DNA of 64,000 nucleotides from Blastocladiella emersonii ATCC 22665 (Eukaryota; Fungi; Blastocladiomycota): assembly GCA_025594325.1 (NCBI GenBank), contig JANHCV010000008.1, positions 1,240,001 to 1,304,000 of the forward strand, read 5' to 3'. Every line of letters starts with the position of its first letter. The stretch's first letter is position 1. Shown here piece after piece: positions 57,915-64,000 of this stretch. A program made the position numbers and the translations under genes. The notes under the pieces were generated by a model. That model was not told the origin of the DNA. It ran no database searches and worked only from the letters and a program-made list of their open reading frames with translations.

Positions 57915-58955
57915 ATGCATTCAATCATGTTAGCATCGGATCATGGATATATGAACTCGGCACGAGATGCGGCCCACCTTGCATCTTTTGGCGTTTGTCC
58001 GACCAGCGGCCTTTCCGTGTTGGAGGTCGCGTTGAGCGAGCAGCAACTGCGTTTGTCGTTGAACCGCCGACTACACACTGTTCGAACGTCGCTCGACGGT
58101 CGCTTGATGAACGCTTCCGAACTGCCGCGGGAGCAAAGCATGCGTCGCGACGCCCCGCGCGATGACGTTGACGCCAGCAAGTTCGAGTCTCCTTCAGTTT
58201 CACGCGATCAGTTACACTCGGTAGCACCCGACCTTTTGCCATTGCGGGAAGTAGCTTATTGTCATACTACGCGCAAACATGACGCGCCTCCAATGTCCGC
58301 TTCGGTTCCGAAGGTGTCCGGCGGAGTATCGACTGCCACGCGGAAAGCAAACAAGGCACAGCGTAACTATGGCGTACTGGAACCGTCTCTCGTTCATCGA
58401 ATCAAGGCATCGGTTCCAATTTTTTGGATCACCCGCTCTCGCACTGACTGGGAACCGTCGACCGACAATCCGCACGCGTTCCTCGACGCTTTGCGGACCG
58501 CCGCACGAGATGGACCGCTGGCGTCGCTCTTGATTGCAGCGCGGTCCAGGGTAACGCCGAGCCTCTACTGTACCTACGCCGTTGCGATCTTTCGAGCCAC
58601 TCCCGACTCCGAAGCCAAACCCATCTTTCTCGGGATTGTCAACGGGACGTGGGAACCTGAATGGGTTGCACGCTGGGCGGATATCCGCGTTTGCTCAAAG
58701 TCTGGACAGGACATAGTCCGCTATTTCACAGCCTTCCGCAACCTTTTATCCGAGGTCATTGACTTGCAGCCAAGTGCTCTTCACAATGAGCAGATCAAGC
58801 ACGTCTTCAACAATCGCATCTACTACACCCTCCACTGGAGCCCCAAGTCTGTCCGGCAACTCGTCGTGGACCCGCGTGCTTCGCTCAGCGACGTGGTTAA
58901 CGAGTACGTCCGGCTCGCTGACCTCCCGCGTCCAAGCCAAAGCGCGGAATTTTGA
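57915..58955 (+). CDS. Gag-like family member N (subgroup I), 346 aa, ends after the capsid-like core
   Basis: PLASLLIAARSRVTPSLYCTYAV...EQIKHVFNNRIY...SLSDVVNEYVRL is collinear with H. The stop comes before the RS tract and knuckle. Confidence 0.7.
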   Translation: MHSIMLASDHGYMNSARDAAHLASFGVCPTSGLSVLEVALSEQQLRLSLNRRLHTVRTSLDGRLMNASELPREQSMRRDAPRDDVDASKFESPSVSRDQLHSVAPDLLPLREVAYCHTTRKHDAPPMSASVPKVSGGVSTATRKANKAQRNYGVLEPSLVHRIKASVPIFWITRSRTDWEPSTDNPHAFLDALRTAARDGPLASLLIAARSRVTPSLYCTYAVAIFRATPDSEAKPIFLGIVNGTWEPEWVARWADIRVCSKSGQDIVRYFTAFRNLLSEVIDLQPSALHNEQIKHVFNNRIYYTLHWSPKSVRQLVVDPRASLSDVVNEYVRLADLPRPSQSAEF

Positions 58956-59428
58956 TCAACCGCGCTCAACGACGCTCACTCGATCGCCACGTCAGCGGGC
59001 ACTGTCGCTCTCACGTCTCCAAGCCTAGTCTCTGTCAAGCTTTTCTTCGCGCCTATTTCACGTTTCCGCACACGCTTGCGTTCCGCCTCTCCATCGCTAG
59101 ACCGCTTTCAGCCGAACACTCCCTCTCGATGCCGCTCGCGCTCGTGGTTGTGCTCATCGCTACGGCCACCTTCATCGCACGAACAGTTTCGATCCCAGTT
59201 TTTCACGAATATACCTGCCCACTCATACTACTTGATATCGAGACGGCGCGATGCCATTACAGGGAGGTAGGACGGGACGCGGCGAATACATCCTTGTGAA
59301 ACGCAAGCCACACCTGTCGCTGACAGGCGCAGCCACAGTCGCTTCACGCCACTCCGTCGCCTCCCCGAAGGCTCCCTCCTCTGCATGACGCACCTAACTA
59401 GACAGAAATCAATGTAACTCTATGCAAT

Positions 59429-60970
59429 ATGAGCGGCGATGCATCTTATCCACGCGAGCTCGTCGAACGCCGCAAACAAACCCTATTTACCGCGCTGGAC
59501 CTCCGAGCGCATCTGTTTCGGGACGCTCTCGCCCTGCGCTGCAATCCACCGGGCGAACCGCGGCATCTAGAGGCCCTGCAAACGCGCACTGTTGCAACTA
59601 CGAAGGCGTTGTTCGAGGTCGAAGAGAAGGGCGCGGAGCTTGAAGCCCAGCTTGCTGCTTCGCAACGTAATCGACCACGCTTACCAGGGGCTGTGTGCGA
59701 AAGCCTCTCCGAGATTGCTTCACATCCTTGTTTGCCGCCACCCGCCGCTTGCGCCGACTTGGACCTCGTCGCATTGGTGGATCGCGACGCACCCTACTTT
59801 CGTTCCAAACGCGCAGACGTCCCGGTTAACGAAAACTGTCGCCATCCAGCCCAGTTCCTCCCCCGACTTCAGGCCGTGGCCCCACGCACGAGCCTGGCGT
59901 CGCTGCTTCTTGCGGCGCGCTCGCGCGTTCCCTCAAACATTTACACGGTCTACTCGGCCCTCCTGCGGCCATCCATGTCCAACTACGAGGCAAAGAACGC
60001 ATTCCGCCGTGCGGTCGATCCTGCGTGGAACAGCGGCTGGGCACGACTTTGGATCGCGCTTGCACCGCGATCCGATTGTGGAGTTGTCGCTTTTTACGAG
60101 GAGTTTCGTCACAAACTCGACGAGGTGGTCCAAGTGACTTCCGAGTTGGAGCGAGAGCGGCACATCAAGCTGCTGTTCGTTGAGCGGATTGAAAGTAAGC
60201 TTGGACCTGCCTCACAGTCCGTCTGGCAGGCCGTGGAAGATGGAAGCCGGTCGCTTACTGATATCGTTGCCGAGTATGACCAGAGCCTCCCCTCCACGCA
60301 AAGCGCCTCTCGTGCAAGGTCCAATTTTCGCGAAACTGGAAGACGCCGCGCCCGCTCGCGCTCGCGCTCGCCACCTGACTTCTCATCTTCGAGTGGATCG
60401 CGTAAACGCTTATTTTCTCGAACGCGATCCAGATCACGTCCGCGTCAACGCTCATTTTCTCGGACACGTATCAGATCGCCCTCGCGGCGACGCTCACCGT
60501 CACGCCGCTCGAGGGATCCGGCCTCGTCATCTGCGTATATTGCTCAGCAGCGACGTTTTAACCTCAGCGGCGGTCTCCTCCACCGCATGGAGACGTGCGT
60601 GCTTTGCAGCGACCCATGCTTTCCTGACGTTCGGATGTCACAGGCTTCTCACCACACCGAAGCCTGCCACCTCCTTGACCAGCCGCGCGTGCTCGCGCGC
60701 TCGTTCTTGAATGCTCGTGATGGATTTCAGCTCGCGGACATCGCGTTGCCGCTGCCACTGCCGCTTAATGCTGCTGATCTGGTCGAGCTGACGGCCGAGT
60801 GGGTGCACCGGCTTCGTGAGGCGCGGATCCCTCCTGGAACTCGCGCCTCCGTCGTCCGCGAGATGAAATGGTGTCGCGGGATGACCAAGGCGATGCTCGG
60901 GCTCTCGCGACCGCGGCGGTATGAAGTGTTACGCAGCATGTGGGAGGAGGTGGTCAAGCTGGCCGGATAA
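59429..60970 (+). CDS. Gag-like family member O (subgroup II), 513 aa, intact, RS tract
   Basis: Header QTLFTALDLRAHLF; FYEEFRHKLDEVV; RHIKLLFVERIE; knuckle CVLC-x14-H-x4-C; IPPGT...EMKWCRGM. Confidence 0.8.
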   Translation: MSGDASYPRELVERRKQTLFTALDLRAHLFRDALALRCNPPGEPRHLEALQTRTVATTKALFEVEEKGAELEAQLAASQRNRPRLPGAVCESLSEIASHPCLPPPAACADLDLVALVDRDAPYFRSKRADVPVNENCRHPAQFLPRLQAVAPRTSLASLLLAARSRVPSNIYTVYSALLRPSMSNYEAKNAFRRAVDPAWNSGWARLWIALAPRSDCGVVAFYEEFRHKLDEVVQVTSELERERHIKLLFVERIESKLGPASQSVWQAVEDGSRSLTDIVAEYDQSLPSTQSASRARSNFRETGRRRARSRSRSPPDFSSSSGSRKRLFSRTRSRSRPRQRSFSRTRIRSPSRRRSPSRRSRDPASSSAYIAQQRRFNLSGGLLHRMETCVLCSDPCFPDVRMSQASHHTEACHLLDQPRVLARSFLNARDGFQLADIALPLPLPLNAADLVELTAEWVHRLREARIPPGTRASVVREMKWCRGMTKAMLGLSRPRRYEVLRSMWEEVVKLAG

Positions 60971-61335
60971 ACGACGCGTCGTAACAGTTGAAAGTGTGCA
61001 CACGGCCGAGAAGCGGCCTACCATTCATGAATTACAATGCTCTTCGATTACCTCCATTGAAGATGGTGCTAGTTGCATTGTGATTGCGGACTTCCGTCAC
61101 CAGTGCGGCCCCAATGAGTGATTGAGCTTGAGTCGCATGAACCGGGAGAGGTTCCTCGTGATCGCTAGTACTGGTTGATGAGCAAATTTAAACTGTGTTG
61201 AGTCTGAAATGGATGATACGTGTGCTCGCAGGGCTTCTGCGCTATGCAAGCGCGGCAGTGGCGGCGAGGCACGGGCGATGTGGGCGTGAAAGCGCGAAGG
61301 GAGGGAGCCGAGCCAGTGAGCTTTCAATCAAGCCT

Positions 61336-62303
61336 CTATGATCGGCGAGAGCGCGTGCGATACAACCGACCACCGTTCGCAGGAGCACCAGACGCCCGCA
61401 TCGTCTCTCGCACCAGCGAATCAAACGACACGCCGTCCACGCAGCGGTCCTGCAGCAGCTTGTACGCGCGCTGGCCGATCCCAATGTCGCCGCAACCGAG
61501 GTCCCTGCGATTCCGTCCGAGCTTGTCCAGATACATGGCTTTGATGTGCGCGATCGAGTCGATGCGGTCGCGAGGGATATTGTTCGCAACGACAGCCAAG
61601 TATCGGTCTGCAAAGAGATCGGCCGGCTCGTGCGGATGGCGGATCAGCGTGCACCAGTCCGCGAGCCAGGCGGGCCGATGGACGGGATCAAACGCGTCCA
61701 AGAACGCACGGCGGGCAGTTCAAAAATGGCGCGAGCGAGCACAAGCCCACGGGCGAGTTCGCCGGGCGGGCAGACCGCGGCGAGTTTGTCAAGGAATTGG
61801 CGCAAGCTAAGCTGAAGGGCGGGCGAGGAGAGCTCGGTACCGCACGGGTCGAATCGCGGACCGGGTTTGCAGGTCAGGACGCGCTCCCGGAGATGCCGAT
61901 TTGCCAATGGAGCAGGGTCGAGCGGACACGAAACGTCCCTCTGCGGAGGTAATGGGGAGCGCGGGTAGGGCGGAGGCGGCGAGTGAGAGCGAGGCGAAGG
62001 ACGGGCCGGATCGACTGTCACATAAATTCCAGGCGAAAACTGACCATTCGGGAACATAATCGTATTCGATTGGCTGACAGTAAAGCCGGGATGGCCCATC
62101 GCGACAAGCCCCGCAGACGTCGGCAGCGGCTGACTTTGCAAAGTTGCCCGATCTGTCACTTGAATGCGCCACGACAAACCCGCGCGAATGTGCTGCAGCA
62201 TCGCATTGAGGGAGTTCAGCAAGAGCGGCTCCGTGTAACTCTGGTCCACTGCCGCGCCTTCGGGGATGACAGAGTACACCATGAGGCCGAGAGTATGTTG
62301 CAT
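61336..62303 (-). pseudogene. Gag-like family member P (subgroup III), frameshifted, knuckle lost
   Basis: Header LLLNSLNAMLQHIRAGL; AAVCPPGELARGL matches C; LIRHPHEPADLFADRYLAVV (MHR-like) is in a second frame. Confidence 0.75.
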
Positions 62304-62491
62304 AGAGTTACATCAACGTCCATTCCCCAGCATAACCGACGGGAGCAGAAAACTTGCGTTGCGTGCGGCGAGCGCGTCAAAGTCGCGCCAACTGGCGGTC
62401 ACCTGACGCGTTGCCCCCCGCGTTTCCCTTCGTGAGCGCGATTTGTTCGCCCTCTCACTCCCCGCCTCCCTCACAAGCTCATGCAAAACAA

Positions 62492-63443
62492 ATGGATACC
62501 CGAACAGACTTGCCGCAACGGTCTCACGGGCTCGACGCCCTCCCCGAGTTCCTGCTTGCTGCGATTCTCCGATTCGCGAGGCCGCGACGTGTCGTTTGCA
62601 CGACGGCTTCCGCGCTTCTCAATGCTGCCCGCGATTTGCCCACACAATCGGCGTGGATGGCCCGGTACTTACGCTCCAGATTGCCAATTCAGATCGTGCA
62701 ACGGTATTCATTCAATTTTCGGATCATTGGTACCGACCTCGGTGCCTACTTTGAGCGGCGCTTTATCGCCTCCACAATAAAAACACCGCCCAAAACCGTC
62801 GGTAATCCAGCCCTCGACGAGCCACTGTTCTTCGCTTCCGCGTTCAAATGGCTTGCACAGCGGACTCGCCGCGTTCTGTTCCGCCCAGGTGAAGCTGTTG
62901 CTTCGCTTGGCTCGGCCCTTTTGCAAATCCGAGACATTCAAACGATGCTCCGGCCGCCATTTACTTCGACCAAACGGCACCGCGGCCACTTGTGAGTGCT
63001 GCGATCTTGCAACTCAAATCGCGTGGTTTTCCGCGATCGAATCTATTGTTCAGCTTCAGTCCTGTACCCGGTGGACGCAGCTACTGCCTTCGCTTTTCAA
63101 ATCCGTCGTTGCAACTTTCTCGAAACCCGGCGGACTGGCTTCACACACTGGGTACGAGAACACAAGCACATGCGCTTTCGCGGAGCGGTACCCGCTGCTC
63201 CGCCTGCTCGCGATGCTCGTTGCCGCGGGCGTTGATGGTTTCTTCCCCTTTGACGAGAGCAAGCGTCGCAGGGTTCCGTTAGACGTCTGGCAGCTGGTCC
63301 CGAACGGCGCGCTCGACCGCACTCGCGATCTTGATTGGGTCCGCGCGACCAAGCGCGTCGTGTCGGGCAACCAGGCTGTCCTCTTGGAGCTTCGCCGGTG
63401 CGCACCCGTGCTCATGTCTCAGCTGGAGCAGCCGGGCGAGTGA
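62492..63443 (+). pseudogene. F-box-like protein, frameshifted near 62990
   Basis: The N-terminal LDALPEFLLAAILRFA fits the F-box signature LxxLPxE(I/L)LxxIL. Coding-like sequence continues in the 62853-63443 frame. The GTGAGT donor tested does not give a phase-compatible splice. Confidence 0.45.
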
Positions 63444-63686
63444 GTATGTGTTTCTGTGTTTTCGCGACATATTATTTCATCTGCATGCATAGCGGCTGGC
63501 GCAAACGCTTCGCTTCCCGGCACTGTAAGAGTGACAAGCGAACGCGATGGTCACCTCCGCGTGACATTTCCGTCAGCGCTGTCGGCTGTGGCGTAGCGTC
63601 CGCCGATCGGCCGTCGACGCTAAGATGAATCCCTCACTCAGAGCAAAGCGCCCCACCACCCGCGCTGCTATGTAACTTGAAGCATT

Positions 63687-64000
63687 ATGGACAGCGCATC
63701 ATATGAAACTCATAGGCCTATTGAGCGCCGCGTGGAGACGCTATTTACATCGCTCCACCTGAGAGCGCAGTTGACCCGTGAATCGCGAGCCGTGATGCCC
63801 TGTTCTTGCGCCTCAGTCTGCTCCCTGGTGAGCAGCTAGCGAGGCTTCAAGCTCGCATGATTGATACGACCAAGGTTTTGAGCGACGCCGACGAAACGGG
63901 CGCTGTAGCACAAGCAGAGCTTGCAGCTGTCTCGCGTGAGTCGGTGCCAGTGCCCGTTCCCATAGTCGAGCGGGATCGCACTTCAACCCCCTCGTCCCAA
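63687..64000 (+). pseudogene. Gag-like family member Q (subgroup II) N-terminus; 14-nt insertion; runs off window
   Basis: RRVETLFTSLHLRAQL then, after the frameshift, RDALFLRLSLLPGEQLARLQARMIDTTKVL aligns with O (RRKQTLFTALDLRAHLFRDALALRCNPPGE...TTKAL). Confidence 0.7.

Noticed and set aside
33728-64000. Intact LTR retrotransposons or LINEs
   Set aside because: No protease, RT, RNase H, integrase or endonuclease motifs, no LTR pairs or poly(A) tails, and the spacing between gag-like genes leaves no room for pol.

Overview
GC-rich eukaryotic DNA with short GT-AG introns (donors mostly GTACG). The gene content (hexokinase, DUF4470 proteins, RNI-like LRR proteins, an F-box protein) suggests a fungus, possibly early-diverging; this is inference only. 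The window is a duplication- and pseudogene-rich accessory region with one clear housekeeping gene, an intronless hexokinase at 30791-32221. There are two copies of a PIF/Harbinger DNA transposon (1-1504, partial; 51582-54026). The left half holds degraded paralog pairs (DUF4470, LRR and unknown families). The main signal is 33.7-64 kb: a tandem array of about 16-17 diverged paralogs, 7 of them intact and full length. Their architecture is N-terminal helical header, low-complexity linker, retrotransposon Gag capsid-like core with an MHR-like motif, non-canonical CX2CX10-14HX4C knuckle and a conserved C-terminal helical domain. No pol or LTRs were seen nearby. This looks like an expanded, possibly domesticated gag-derived gene family under birth-and-death evolution. 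All family assignments come from visual motif recognition and need profile or structure searches.
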